Assembly (NCBI GenBank): GCA_965261355.1
Contig: OZ253464.1
Location: 1,561,254 to 1,625,253 of the forward strand
Length of the DNA stretch: 64,000 bases
Origin: Dehalococcoidia bacterium
GTDB taxonomy: Bacteria > Chloroflexota > Dehalococcoidia > Lucifugimonadales > UBA3495
Reading direction: 5' to 3'
In this document: positions 40,159 to 54,712 of the stretch, in pieces
How positions within the stretch are numbered: the stretch's first letter is position 1
Layout: every line of letters starts with the position of its first letter
Position numbers and translations under genes: made by a program
Notes under the pieces: generated by a model
Seen by the model: the letters and a program-made list of their open reading frames with translations, nothing else
Database searches by the model: none
What the model was told of the DNA's origin: nothing

Positions 40159-40842
40159 ATGAATCCCTGGCAGTTGCTTGGTCGGGCACAGACCCCTGGC
40201 GGAGGAGCAGAACTCCTTTTGTACCGCCGTGGTTCTGAGTTCTCAATCAAAGCGGATAATTGGGAACTCATGAACAGCCATACTTACGGGTCGGAAGAAG
40301 CTATGGCCAATCTTGGGTGTCAAAACCTGGCAACACATCCGAAGGCCCGCGTTCTGATTGGCGGTCTTGGCATGGGATTCTCAGTGAGAACGGCGCTGGA
40401 CATCCTCGGCAAGAATGCCCAGGTGGTAGTCGCAGAGCTGGTGCCAGCCGTGATTGAATGGAACAGAGGAGTACTTGCCCATCTTGCCGACCACCCTCTT
40501 GACGACGGACGAGTCGAACTCCATGAAGCCGATGTTATCCAGCTGATAAAGACCGCCGAAGGTTCCTACGATGCCATCATGCTTGACGTTGACAATGGGC
40601 CGGAGGCGATAGTCCGAAAGGGCAACGATTGGCTTTACGGCGATTCGGGTCTGGCCACCACCTATGCTGCGTTACGGAGCGGCGGTAAATTGGCGATTTG
40701 GTCTGCCGGGCCTCAACCGGCATTCGTCAGACGGTTGCGCCGCGCCGGTTTCGAAGTTGAAGAAGTCAAGGTGCGAGCGAATGGTAGAAGCAACGGCAAA
40801 GGAGGCTCACATTGTGTCGTATGGATTGCAAAGCGCACTTGA
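40159..40842 (+). CDS. spermidine-synthase-like SAM-dependent methyltransferase-fold protein
   Basis: 227 aa; VLIGGLGMGFS, DAIMLDVDNGP and GGKLAIWS are typical of the PABS-like family. Confidence 0.65.
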   Translation: MNPWQLLGRAQTPGGGAELLLYRRGSEFSIKADNWELMNSHTYGSEEAMANLGCQNLATHPKARVLIGGLGMGFSVRTALDILGKNAQVVVAELVPAVIEWNRGVLAHLADHPLDDGRVELHEADVIQLIKTAEGSYDAIMLDVDNGPEAIVRKGNDWLYGDSGLATTYAALRSGGKLAIWSAGPQPAFVRRLRRAGFEVEEVKVRANGRSNGKGGSHCVVWIAKRT

Positions 40843-41192
40843 TAGAGAACAACTTGGAATAGGGTGGCCCATGTAGTCATTCAGGGCTTATCTGGAACTA
40901 CCTGAGGGGCCCGCCAGTCGTGTTGGTAGCCACATTTAGATGACCCATTAGCGGTGTCGGTGTGCCTCGAAAATGGCATTGGGTCAGGCTTGGAATCCCG
41001 ATTCCACGAGGTTCATCGGGGACCGGTTGGCGGGCGGGCTTGTGGCATAGTGGTACCGGCGCACCGTGGTCCGCGAGAACCCTTGGAAACCAAGGTCCTT
41101 TCCGCTGGGTTCCCACCGATAACCAGACTTAACCGTGCTGAGTCTTCGTCTCCAAAGTCCCCGGCTGAGAAACCTGAAGTAGGGGTTTCTGC

Positions 41193-41342
41193 CTAGTACT
41201 ACAGTCGCAGATGGCCGCTTGGGGCGTCGGACGGCCAAAAATCGCAACGTCTGGCTATGGCCAAAGTCTCCAATCCCAACTAAATCAAATCGAATTCGAG
41301 GCCGGGATTACCAAATCAGAATTAGTGCGACTGTAGTACTAG
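41193..41342. mobile_element. 150-bp MITE with IS701 termini
   Basis: CTAGTACTACAGTCGCAGAT ... GTGCGACTGTAGTACTAG matches the IRs of the IS701 element at 49891 and 51308. No ORF inside. Confidence 0.7.
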
Positions 41343-42169
41343 GGTTCTGCAACCGGGTTTTACAGCCACCCCTTAGCCCGAATCCACCGATGGACGGCGT
41401 GAGGACGCTGGAAGGGGGGGTGAGGGAGTTACAAGCGCGATGGTCCGGGCTCGAATTTGGGTAGATGGGGGGTTGGCGGCGGTCTGCAGGCGTTTTTGGG
41501 GGGCCGATGGCGGCCTACAGTGGCTGTGGTGAGCGAGATGGTGGGAGAGGACACGGCAAGAGGCGCTCGCGGACCGGACTGGCGCGAGTTTGCGGGGACG
41601 TTGGGACACTGGCGGACGGGCGCCGTCAGGCCGGGAGTGGAATGGCTCGCAACCGGGCCAAGGCGCGACTGACCTTCTCCTCCCATGGCCAACCCTTGGG
41701 AAGATGCAGGGTCAGCCAGCGCGCGGAGCGGGTGAGCCGTCCGGCCAGGGCGAAGACCCGTCGTCTGAGCGTCTTGGTGGTCACGATCTGCTCACCCAGG
41801 CCGATACGGGCCGTCCAGCGGGCCAAGTTGTGCGCCATCACCTGTATCGCCAGCCAGGCACCGTTGGCGGCGAAGCGGCCCGAGGGGAGATGGTTCAGCC
41901 CGACGCCGTACTTGAGGTCGCGTATCGCATTCTCGATCTCGGCGTGGCGGCGATGGTCGGCATCCAGTTCCAGCATCTCCCCGTCCCGGTCGGTGATGAA
42001 GGCGTGATAGCTGTAGGTGGCGAAGAGAGCGAGCTGGGAACCGGGTGTTGGTCTCACCCGCCGCACGATGAGCCGCACCGGTGCGGCGTCCGGCTCACTC
42101 TGGAAGGGGGTATAGGTGGTCTCGGCCACAGCGGCGGCGCCGTCCATCCAGTAGCAACTGTCTTGAATG

Positions 42170-43308
<1,139 letters not shown>

Positions 43309-44312
43309 AGGGGATGGGCGTCCAGTCCGTCTCGGGTATCGCCTCGATGAGATTGCGCAGGCTCTTGTGTTGGCGAATGGCGATGGAGTAGCGGACATCC
43401 ATCTTGCGGCAGACGGCGACGATGGCATGGGCATAGAACCCGCTGTCGGCCCGCACCGTGAGTTGGCCCCTGGCCCCAGCATGGCGCACCCGCCCCACCG
43501 TTTCACGCAGGAAGTGGGCGCCGCCCCGGGCGGTGTTGGCGCGGCCTTCGCGCAGCCGGGACATCAACACGTCGCCGGTGCCGGCGGCGATAGCCAGCAG
43601 TGGGTGATAGCCCCGCGCACCGGTGTAGCCGTGGTGGCGTGCCCCCTCCTTGGCCAGTCCATAGGTCTCGCAGATGGTCGAATCCAGGTCGATGGTCAGG
43701 GGCGAGTCGCCGGGTCCGGCACCGGCCTTCCAAGCGCGTGCCAGCAACTCGCGGCTCACCCGGTCCAGTTGACGGACGTGGCCCCAACTGAAGCTACGTA
43801 GGAAGGTGCCCAGAGTGGAGGGCGCCTTGACCGTGCCGCCCAGGGTGCGGGCCGTCCCCCCAGTGCGCAACACATCGGCGTCGTCAATGCAGTCGCCGCC
43901 AGCCAGCGCAGACGCAACCAGGGTCATCACCTTGTCGCCCGTGTTCGCCCGGCCCGGCGCATTGCCCAGGTCGAGGCGCTGCTGGACGAGTTTGGGCAGG
44001 CCGAGGCGCAGGGCCAGGGTAGCCGGAAGGATCAGTCCGGCATTGGCCACCAGGCGGGTGTCGTCGAAGGCGATACGGATGCGGTCGGGGTGGTTGCGTG
44101 ATAGCATCCGTTGGGTGCTCCTGCTTTGGGACCGGTTTTCTGTCTCGAAAACCATTATCCCAGAGGCACAGGAGCACTTTCTTGTATCTTGTTAATAACG
44201 GGCTTAAACTGAGCCAAAAATTACGGACTGGAATTGAGCCACCTCGATAGCTGGGGCATCATCGCCGGACACTTGGCGGAGGTGCTTGCAAGGATTGTTA
44301 AGAGGTGGAGAC

Positions 44313-46330
<2,018 letters not shown>

Positions 46331-47109
46331 CAGAATCGCTGGACATCAACGATGTGGCTTAGTTCCAACCCGTTACAAATGGCTCATTTCTAACCCGTCA
46401 TTGACAACCTTCAGGACCCCGCTACACGCCCTCCTTCGGTGGATCGGGGGTTAGGTACGGGGAGCTGGAATTTCCAGCCACCCCCTCTCGAGAAACAGAC
46501 ACTTTGAATAGTCGGCCGCCAGGCACGGTCCAGAACCTTGCTACCGGAGGCGAGGAGCTTGCCCTGTTATTGGACACCGACCCACTGAAAGGTCACCCAG
46601 GGCTACTTACTACTCACCCCTCTTCTGAAAAAGATAGGCTATTGGCGATACGGTCGGATTGAACCTCGCCTTGCTTGGCAGTCTCCTGGCATCGGCCTCT
46701 ACCATTTCCAACGTCAGCGGTGATCCCCTGGCCGTTTTGAAATGGGAACACAGCGTGTCTACTAATGTATCCAGGCGAAACTCTCCCCCTGAATATCCTA
46801 CCATAAGACGGTAGTCCGGATCGGTGAAGGCGCGGCGGGCGTCATAGTGGCCGTCATTTGCCAATAGCAGACCCCCGGGACGCAGGAAGCGTTTGACAGA
46901 TTGCGAAATAAACCCGGCGTTGAGGGATATCAGCAGGTCAAATGACTCCTCCGGTTCCGCGTTCCAACTTTGGTAGTCCTGCTCATGGCACCGGATAAGG
47001 GCACCTTCCGGGTAGCTCTTGTGGCTGTCAATGTATTTCAGCAAGCGGGAGTCGGCCAGCGCCTCGCCAATCCCTTTCAGTGAATCAACGAAGACCACCT
47101 GTGGGAAGA

Positions 47110-48350
47110 CTAAACCAAAGCCAAGGTGAAATACGCAGACGCGTAGGGTAAATTTGTGAGGGAACTGGGTTAGCCGGTCTCAGGAGTAGCGGGGGGTTGG
47201 TGATGGGTGTGAGGGAGATAGACTGGTCTCTGGAACAATGGCAGATGGGGGTCAAGGATTTGCGCCGGCGGATGATTCTGGCGCCCACACCCAGGGAGCG
47301 GGAGCGGTGGTACGCCCTCTGGCTCTTGGCGCAGGGCTGGACAGCAACGGCCACGGCGGAGGCGCTGGAGCGGGACCCCCACACCATAGGACGGTGGGCT
47401 TCGGTTTTCGGCGAGGGAGGGCCAGCGGCCTTGATATTTGAGCAGACCGGTGGTTCCCCCCCGTCCTTGACGAGACGCAGCAGGCGGAGTTGAAAGGGGC
47501 GGTAGGGCAACCGCCCGCTGAGGCGGGCATCGAACTGGCCAACTGGTATTGGAAAGGAGTCCGGCAGTTTGTCTTGGAACGGTTCGGGGTCAGTTTGAGC
47601 CGCAGCAGTTGTCTGAACTGGCTGCACCGGTTGGGATTTGCCTTCAAGCGGCCCAAGAAGCGTCTGCTCAAGGCGGATGAGGGCAAGCGGGAGGCCTTCG
47701 TGGTGGAGTATACCGCCCTGAGGGAGGAGGCCCAACGGACCGGAGCCAGGATATTCTTCGCCGATGAGGCCCACTTCCGGGCCGATGCAGAGTTGCGGGG
47801 CAAGTGGGTACTGAGAGGAGAGGCTGCTCTGGTGGACTCGACCAGTCCGCGGTATGGGGAGAAGGCCAGCTATTATTCGGCGGTGTGCCTGGAGACGGGT
47901 GAGGTGGAGTGGATGGAGTTGCAGGGGAACAGCAACGCCGGGACCTCGGTTGACTTCCTGAAGCAACTGAGGGGAAAACACCCTGAGCCGATGCGGGTCA
48001 TCTGGGACAATGCCCCGGCCCACCGTGGGGAGGCGATGCGGGAGTACCTCAGGACGCCTGGGCTGGAGTTGAGGTTGGTGAACCTGCCGGGGTACAGCCC
48101 GGACTTCAATGGGGATGAGGCGATCTGGGGTTGGGCGAGAGAGGAGGCCACCGGCAATCTGTGCTTGGGAAGCAGGGAGGCGGGGCAGGAGAAGGTCGGC
48201 AAATTCCTTGCCGGACTGGCCAGCCGCAAAGACGAGGTGAGACGGCGGTGCCGGACAGTCTTGCAGTCACGGGGCGAGGCGCTCCTGCGAGCCTCCCGGA
48301 CCGATTCTCAGCCTCCGGCAAATGCACATCCCACCTTGGCTTTGGTTTAG
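47110..48350 (+). mobile_element. IS630-family element, type 3
   Basis: Perfect 19-bp IRs CTAAACCAAAGCCAAGGTG at 47110-47128 and 48332-48350. Confidence 0.85.
47197..48350 (+). CDS. IS630-family transposase, two frames joined at a C7 run
   Basis: ORFs 47197..47493 and 47490..48350. A -1 shift in the C run 47456-47462 gives ..GGSPPVLDETQQAELKGAV... Carries the DDE part (DEAHF, WDNAPAHR). The stop lies inside the right IR. Confidence 0.7.
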
Positions 48351-48595
48351 TGCCGGGGTGATATGCACATAACTACCGGGATACAGTGCCCGCGTGACCC
48401 CAAACCTGTCCCGAACCTGCTGGAACAACTCCAGCAGGTTATCCTCCTCTCGTTGCCGGTCCTTGTAATTGGCCAGGTAAGTATCCAGTGCTTGGCGAGG
48501 CCGCATTCTTGTCCCATCCTTTTCAGCGCAAGGTGAGGGCGGCATATAAGCCACCCGGGCTTCGGCAAACTCAGCACAACTTCTTGGAAACTATC

Positions 48596-48868
48596 TTAAA
48601 CCCCCTCCACCAGGTGCTCGAGGTATCGGCCGACATCGGCCCCGGCTGACGGCAGGCCAGCGCACTGGTTCTCGAAGCACCAGCTGGTGAAGTCCTTCCA
48701 GCCGGCGACGTAGGCCCGCCTGGTGTTGGGGGACCAGCTGCGGGCCTCGGCCCTGGCGTCGGCCAGGAAGCCGACGTCGGCCGAAGTGGCGGGCGCTCCC
48801 TCCGGAGGCGACAGAAGGAGCGCCGGCATTTCCCCGGGAACGGTCCCGGTTTCAGTTCCGGTTGTCAT
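48596..48868 (-). pseudogene. tyrosine recombinase N-terminal (SAM-like) domain fragment
   Basis: ..SPNTRRAYVAGWKDFTSWC..VGRYLEHLVEG then stop. No catalytic domain follows. Confidence 0.5.
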
Positions 48869-49165
48869 GGTACTCCAGGGTTCAGGCCTCCACGAGCTCG
48901 TAGAGTGCCGGGGGCTCTTGGTCATCAACGTCATCACTTTCCGGAGGCAGGACCGCTTGGCCTAGCAGGCGCACTCCTCGGCGTGGGGCGGTCCCTCGAG
49001 ACTGGCGATCACTTCCAAAAATGCCTTGTCCTTGCCGGCGGCATAGCCCTCGGAGTAGCAGGCGCAGGGCTCGGGACAGTCCCAGAGAGGACCGGCACCA
49101 TCGGTCATGTCGGTCTCCGCAAGGTTGTTTACGTATGGGAATGATACTCGCGAATCCGGGCTTCC

Positions 49166-49560
49166 TCAGGTCAGCCACTTCAGGGCTTCCCCCGCTGCGA
49201 CCATCCGGCGTGCCATGCCGATGCGGCCGCTGTGTCCGGTGAACCTGTTGGTCAGGCCGGCGGCCTGCGCCGCGACACGAACGCGGTTGGCCAGGGCCTC
49301 GCCCGTCAGCACGAACACCGGAACTGTGGGTTCGGGACCGTCGCGCTAGATCTCCCGCAGGGCGCGGGCGGTGGCCGCCACCGCCACCATCGCTGGCTGG
49401 TTCTTGTCCTTCTGGACTGTGACGCGGGCGACGCCCCGATGATGGCCAGATCAAGGGCAGCGCGGCGCTGGGCGGTCTCCAGCGATTCCACCGCCCTCTG
49501 CGACCACCCCCGAAGTAGACGCAGGACCTGTTGGCTCCGCAACAAAGCGTCGCTGGTGAG
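49166..49560 (-). pseudogene. tyrosine recombinase catalytic-domain fragment, multiply frameshifted
   Basis: Minus-strand frames give ..VTVQKDKNQPAMVAV..VFVLTGEALANRVRVAAQAAGLTNRFTGHSGRIGMARRMVAAGEALKWLT* (a GHSxRxG box-II-like motif). An in-frame stop and frame changes lie upstream. Confidence 0.45.
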
Positions 49561-49599
49561 TGCATCGGCCAGGGCCCGGTTACGCTATCCTTCGACGGG

Positions 49600-49620
49600 C
49601 TAGCAGCCTGTCCGAGGATT
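49600..49620 (+). repeat. solo terminal inverted repeat of IS1182 type B
   Basis: CTAGCAGCCTGTCCGAGGATT matches 20 of 21 nt of the IR at 25839-25859. The adjoining sequence is unrelated and AT-rich. Confidence 0.65.
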
Positions 49621-49890
49621 AGATTTTTGAGACGAAAAACGCCACTGTCTAATCTTATCGGTGACTAATAGGCTCTTATAAAACAGTAATCGGAATAATT
49701 GATTTTGTTGAGGACGATTTTCGTTTAGCACATTATTTCTCAGACAGACTGCCAGGCCACCACTGGGTGGTGGGCGGGATTGTCCTTTTTATGCAGGCCG
49801 GCGGCCGCGTGGGAGTCGGAGACCGCGGCTCGCGCCTGTACTGATAGCCATGTGCGTCAGCCCAAACCGTGAAACCAGCCCAGCCTCTTC

Positions 49891-51308
49891 CTTAGTACTA
49901 CAGTCGCAGATGGGAAACGAATAGAATTGGGGCAATCAACGGGTGGTGAGGTGAGATTGTGGCAGGGCATCAGGATGAGGTGGCTGAGGTCACCCGGTGG
50001 GCCGAGGGCATCGAAAAGGTGCATGAGTGCATCGCGGGACGGTTCCGGCGTCCGGAGCCACGGCGGCGGACGCTGGACTACCTGAAGGGGTTGCTCAGCC
50101 CGGTGGAGCGCAAGAACGGGTGGCAATTGGCGGAGCGGGCAGGCGACGCCACTCCCGATGGGGTGCAGCGCCTGTTGTACAACTACCGGTGGGACGCTGA
50201 CCTGGTTCGCGATGACTTGAAGAGCTACGTGATCGAGCATCTGGCCGACGCTGCGGCAGTTCTGGCGGTGGACGAGACCGGATTCCTCAAGAAAGGGGAC
50301 AAGTCGGTTGGGGTGCAGCGTCAGTACAGCGGTACGGCAGGGCGGATCGAGAACTGTCAGGTCGGCGTGTTCCTGGCCTATGCCAGTGTCAATGGCAGGA
50401 CTCTGCTGGACCGGGAATTGTACCTGCCCCAGGTGTGGGCGGAGGACTTGGAGCGCCGGCGGGAGGCCGGTGTGCCGGAGGGGGTGTCATTCCGGACCAA
50501 GCCGCAACTGGCGCAGCTGATGCTGGAGCGGGCGGTGAAGTCGGGAGTGCCCTTCGGCTGGGTGGCCGGGTACGAGGTCTACGGCAATGACCGCAACCTG
50601 CGGCTGTGGCTGGAGCGGCAGGGCGTTCCCCACGTGCTGGCCATCAAACGCAGTGAGAAGCTATGGGCTTTGACGGACAGGGGACCGCGTCAGGTGAAGG
50701 CCGACCGTCTGGCGTCCGGAGTTGAGGAATGCGCGTGGGTGAGGTGCAGCGCCGGGGACGGAGCCAAGGGACCACGGGTCTACGACTGGGCCACGGTGGA
50801 TATACGTCCCCTGAGGGAGCCTGGCAAAGGCTATTGGCTGCTGGCGCGGCGCAGTCTGTCCAACCCCGAGGAACTGGCCTACTACGTCTGTTACGGCTCG
50901 GCGGGAACGACCCTGGAGGAACTGGCGAGGGTGGCCGGGACCCGGTGGGCCATAGAGGAATGCTTCGAGGAGGCCAAGGGACAGGTGGGGCTGGACCAGT
51001 ATGAAGTGCGGAGGTGGGACGGCTGGTACCGGCACATCACGCTGTCGATGTTGGCCCACGCGTATCTGTCCGTGATCAAGCATCAGGCCATGGAACAGGG
51101 AGAAAAGGGGGCCACTACGGCCCGGATGAAGAACTGATTCCCATGACAGTGCCCGAGGTGCGCCGGCTGCTGACCCGCCTCGTATGGACAGAGAACCAAC
51201 CGCCTGATTTCATCCTGTACTGGTCGTGGTGGAGACGCCGCCACCAAGCAAGAGCCCGGCGTTGCCATTACAAACGGCGCCAATCTAATCTGCGACTGTA
51301 GTACTAAG
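49891..51308 (+). mobile_element. IS701-family element
   Basis: IRs CTTAGTACTACAGTCGCAGAT (49891-) and ATCTGCGACTGTAGTACTAAG (to 51308). Confidence 0.85.
49959..51301 (+). pseudogene. IS701-family DDE transposase with a C-terminal frameshift
   Basis: ORF 49959..51137 (DETGFLKKGDKSVGVQRQYSGTAGRIENCQ). The conserved tail LIPMTVPEVRRLL..WSWWRRRHQARARRCHY is in the frame of ORF 51014..51301. The shift is near the GAAAAGGGGG run at about 51095-51110. Confidence 0.75.
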
Positions 51309-52175
51309 AGGGTGTCTAAAAAGGGTGAACCTGGGATAGTGGTACGAAGGCAGGAACCCGGGAGTTGGTTGTAGTGTGGAGGCATGGAACGACCTGCTTA
51401 TGCTAGCGATGTCAGCGACCGGGAGTGGCAGTTTTTGGAACCGTTGTTGCCGCCGCCCAAACCTGGAGGGCGACCGGTCAAGTATCCGAGGCGCGAGATC
51501 GTCAACGCCATCCGCTACCTGCTGCGCACCGGCTGCTCTTGGCGGATGCTGCCCCACGACCTGCCGCCTTGGCGCACCGCATTGCATTATTTTCGTACTT
51601 GGCGTCGGGATGGAACCTGGCAGCGAGCCCACGACACGCTGCATGTCATGTTGCGGCAAGCTCAGGGCCGCCAGGCCACCCCCAGCGCGGCCATCATCGA
51701 CAGCCAATCGGTGAAAACCGCCGAAAAAGGGGGCCCAGAGGGTACGACGCGGGCAAGAAGGTGAAAGGGCGAAAACGCCACATCGTGGTGGATACCCTGG
51801 GACTGCTGCTGGCGGTGGCGGTGCATCCGGACGACATTCAGGATCGAGACGGTGCTCGGCTGGTATTACAACGGCTGGTGGGTCGATGCCACCGGCTGCA
51901 GGTGATCTGGGCCGACGGAGCCTACGGAGGCAAACTGGTGGATGGGCCCAGGCGACCGCCGGTTGGAGCCTGGAATTGGTGCGCCGTCCCGTTGGGCAGA
52001 AGACCTTTCAAGTATTGCCCAAGCGTTGGGTGGTGGAACGGACCTTCGGCTGGCTGAACCTGCAACGGCGGCTGAGCAAAGATTACGAGGCATTCACCGA
52101 AACCTGGCTGTACATCTCCATGACCGGGCTCATGTTACGCAGACTCACCCGCCTTTTGCCTTTTTAGACACCCGC
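51309..52175 (+). mobile_element. IS5-family (IS427-group-like) element
   Basis: IRs (A)GAGGGTGTCTAAAAAGG (51309-) and CCTTTTTAGACACCCGC (to 52175). It abuts the IS701 right end. Confidence 0.8.
51384..52167 (+). pseudogene. IS5-family transposase: expected -1 frameshift site plus a second, disruptive frameshift
   Basis: OrfA 51384..51764. A shift at GAAAAAGGGGGCCC (about 51723-51736) gives [26 protein letters not shown] second frame change near 51940 (GAT GGG CCC where GAT TGG GCC is expected) leads into ORF 51886..52167. Confidence 0.75.
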
Positions 52176-52750
52176 TTAGAACCGGGTGTAATTGCAGGCT
52201 TGCCGTTTTATCGGGTGAGATCCCACTATGTCGTGTCGGGCCGCTCGCCGCCAACTAGCATTCTCAGACCCATTCGCCCCGGTCTCCAAGACTTCCTGCC
52301 CGGCATCTTGTTTCGAGGCGGCAGACTAATGACACCCAGAACCCGCATCGTAACTCGCCTGCCCTCCTGCAGAGCGCCGGTCGGGACCGACATTGCCCGC
52401 CAGTGCAATCACTTGACCCCAGAGCCAATAGGCCTACGAAATCCGCGTTTTCGATTACTGGACAAGATAGCCCCAATTAACCACGGGGCGTGCCCACTCT
52501 GATCGTGGAACGAGGCAAGAATGGCATCAAATTGGGTTAGCATTCTTTACGTCATTCAACATGAGATATTCCGAAGACGGACTTAAAGGATTCAAACCCT
52601 CTGAGATTCGTTAAAGAATTAGTGGATTACAGCCATCGACAATTCCGAAAGCCGCTTGACATCGAGAATGATGAACCATTGAATCCCAGCAACCTAATTC
52701 CGTGAGAAAAAGCGGTGTTAGATGGGGGGGGTATAACGTTGCAAAAATTT

Positions 52751-54580
52751 ATGCAATTTCGAAAGATTAGTTTAATATCGTTGTCGATTGTAGCTCTTTT
52801 TGCTACGTTAATCGTCGCGTGCGGAGGAGAGAGCCCCGCGGCCACGACTGCACCAGCGGTCACAGAGGCGCCAGCGGCACCGGCAGCCACAACTGCGCCA
52901 GCGGCGACAACACCCTCCCAGCCAGCGGCACCGCAGCCGACTGCGACTCTGACTTCCTTCCGCCCGACCGCGACTCCCGCCGGTGGTGGAGGAGCTCCCG
53001 CAGCGACCAACACCCCCGTACCCACAGCGACCGCCCTTCCAGAGCCGGTAGGGGCACTCAAGGTGCAAAGGGTAATAGCGGCGATGCCTGTGTTGCCAGA
53101 GACTAACCGCATTTGGGCGGGCCCCTGGAACTTGCTGCAACAGCATGTGCCGTTTGCAGACACACTTCTGAGGAACGACCCCACGACTGGCGCGGCCGGC
53201 CCGGGGCTGGCGAAGAGCTGGTCATTCAGCGAGGACTTTAAGCAGTGGGACTTCGAGCTTCGGGAGGGAGTCCAGTTCCATTTCGGGAATGGAGAATTCA
53301 CATCCGCGGACGTGGTATGGGTGCATTCCATGCTTTCCTCGGACGACTCCGTTTCAACCATGAGCCCGGTATGGCGCACGGTGACCGTGGTCCCGGATGG
53401 TGATTATCAAGTCTCCTTCAATTTCGAAACCCCGTTCCTGGACGGTTTGCGTCTTTTCTCCCGGACCGCCGGTGACCTCTACATGTTGAGCAAGGCGCAA
53501 TTCGAAGCTGGCGGACTTGATGCAATTGACGATCAGCCTGCGGGAACAGGTCACTATCGTTACCTTGAGCGCAAGGCGGGTCTGGGGGTGTCTTACGAGC
53601 AAGCCGATACCGGCAATTGGCCTGGAGAAGAGCCGGGCTTCCCTGAGTTTGAACTTAAGTTCATCACCGAGGACGCCACCCGCATGAACGTGCTGCTGGC
53701 TGGCGACGCCCATATGGCCAACCTGAGCCGGGACCTGCAGGCAGAAGCTGTCAATCGTGGAATGAGGGTTATCAGTTCCCAGCAACCCACCATTCAGACC
53801 TCGTCCTTCATGCTAGGCCAATACTTCCTAACCGGCGACGAGTCATACCAGCCGGACCTAGCTTTTGAGGACATTCGCGTTAGGGAGGCGATTAACCGGG
53901 CCATAAACCGCGAGAACATAATGGAGTTCATCTACAAGGGAAGCGGCACGCCAGTATACGTTTTTGGTTGGACTCCCGGCCACGAGGGATGGGACCCGAG
54001 ATTTGAAGCGGAATTTGAATCCATGTACGGATTCGACCAGGAGCGGGCTAGGGAGCTTCTGACCGAAGCTGGCTACGGCGATGGGTTGGAGCTCGACTTC
54101 CCGACCATGAACTTCTCAGGGAACCCGGAGTTGTCTCAAATTGCCGAGGCTATTCAGTTGGACCTGGCAGAAGTGGGAATTGACGTCAGCCTGCAGGAGA
54201 TGGAATACACCGCTATCCGACCGGATCTGGTAGCCAAGAATGTTTATGACAGCCTGTTTATGAGCCGCAACCTGCCAATCCGGACAACGCAGGAGGCGGT
54301 ACGGGTCTTCTATGCGGACGAGGGCGTTCTCCACGCCGCGATGCATAACGAGATGGAGGTCCTGTACCAGCAGCTGAAGGGGATGGTCGATCTGGCGGAG
54401 CGGGATGAGGTAGCCCGTCAGATGGGTAACTTCGCTTTCGACAACTACATCAGCATTCCCATTGCCCAGATTTTCTATGAATTGACGGTGGACCCGGAAA
54501 TCGTCGAAGACTACACATTCTCCGGACAGACACCGACTTCACTGGACCACGTCCACTTAATCCGCGGCGTAAGGGAGTAA
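52751..54580 (+). CDS. ABC transporter substrate-binding lipoprotein (family 5, peptide/nickel type)
   Basis: MQFRKISLISLSIVALFATLIVAC is a lipoprotein signal with a lipobox. It is followed by a Pro/Ala/Thr-rich linker and an SBP_bac_5-like body. Confidence 0.85.
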   Translation: MQFRKISLISLSIVALFATLIVACGGESPAATTAPAVTEAPAAPAATTAPAATTPSQPAAPQPTATLTSFRPTATPAGGGGAPAATNTPVPTATALPEPVGALKVQRVIAAMPVLPETNRIWAGPWNLLQQHVPFADTLLRNDPTTGAAGPGLAKSWSFSEDFKQWDFELREGVQFHFGNGEFTSADVVWVHSMLSSDDSVSTMSPVWRTVTVVPDGDYQVSFNFETPFLDGLRLFSRTAGDLYMLSKAQFEAGGLDAIDDQPAGTGHYRYLERKAGLGVSYEQADTGNWPGEEPGFPEFELKFITEDATRMNVLLAGDAHMANLSRDLQAEAVNRGMRVISSQQPTIQTSSFMLGQYFLTGDESYQPDLAFEDIRVREAINRAINRENIMEFIYKGSGTPVYVFGWTPGHEGWDPRFEAEFESMYGFDQERARELLTEAGYGDGLELDFPTMNFSGNPELSQIAEAIQLDLAEVGIDVSLQEMEYTAIRPDLVAKNVYDSLFMSRNLPIRTTQEAVRVFYADEGVLHAAMHNEMEVLYQQLKGMVDLAERDEVARQMGNFAFDNYISIPIAQIFYELTVDPEIVEDYTFSGQTPTSLDHVHLIRGVRE

Positions 54581-54712
54581 GCTCCTTCCCCCATTGGGCC
54601 GTCGTAACCGATGTGCCGCCAGAGTATTCCTCGAGATAAGCTGGCGGCACTGGCAACAACCCTCTGTTCATTGCTGAATTCCTCTAATTGAGCCGTTTGG
54701 AACCTCATTGCA

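Larger units (their letters stand above)
46610..48506 (-). pseudogene. class I SAM-dependent methyltransferase split by IS630 type 3
   Basis: N-terminal part 48351-48506 (MRPRQALDTYL..YVHITP) and C-terminal part 46610-47109 (..VVFVDSLKG..LLISLNAGF..). Removing 47110/47111-48350 with one TA restores one frame. Confidence 0.7.

Noticed and set aside
39921-40271. 116-aa minus-strand ORF with a vaguely HTH-like stretch (KGVSQRKLGLAKRL)
   Set aside because: It overlaps the start of the spermidine-synthase-like gene, has no clear family signature, and is Arg/Pro-rich.
40950-41190. Possible IS5-like transposase remnant on the minus strand (..RSPMNLVESGF.. resembling RNLVERFF)
   Set aside because: The similarity is limited to one short motif and there are no IRs, so it is too weak to call.
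46407-46454. Apparent fourth IS1380 right-end fragment
   Set aside because: Reinterpreted: it is the left IR of IS1380-2 on the other strand, displaced by the IS21 insertion.
48882-49565. 227-aa minus-strand ORF
   Set aside because: The product is Arg/Gly-rich and non-protein-like. The recognisable signal here is tyrosine-recombinase fragments in other frames.
52656-52684. TTGACA-N17-TTGAAT as a promoter for the ABC operon
   Set aside because: The -10 element is poor and nothing corroborates it, so it is not reported as a feature.
52627-53379. 250-aa ORF antisense to the 5' end of the substrate-binding protein gene
   Set aside because: It is driven by the low-complexity Pro/Ala/Thr linker of the real gene on the plus strand.
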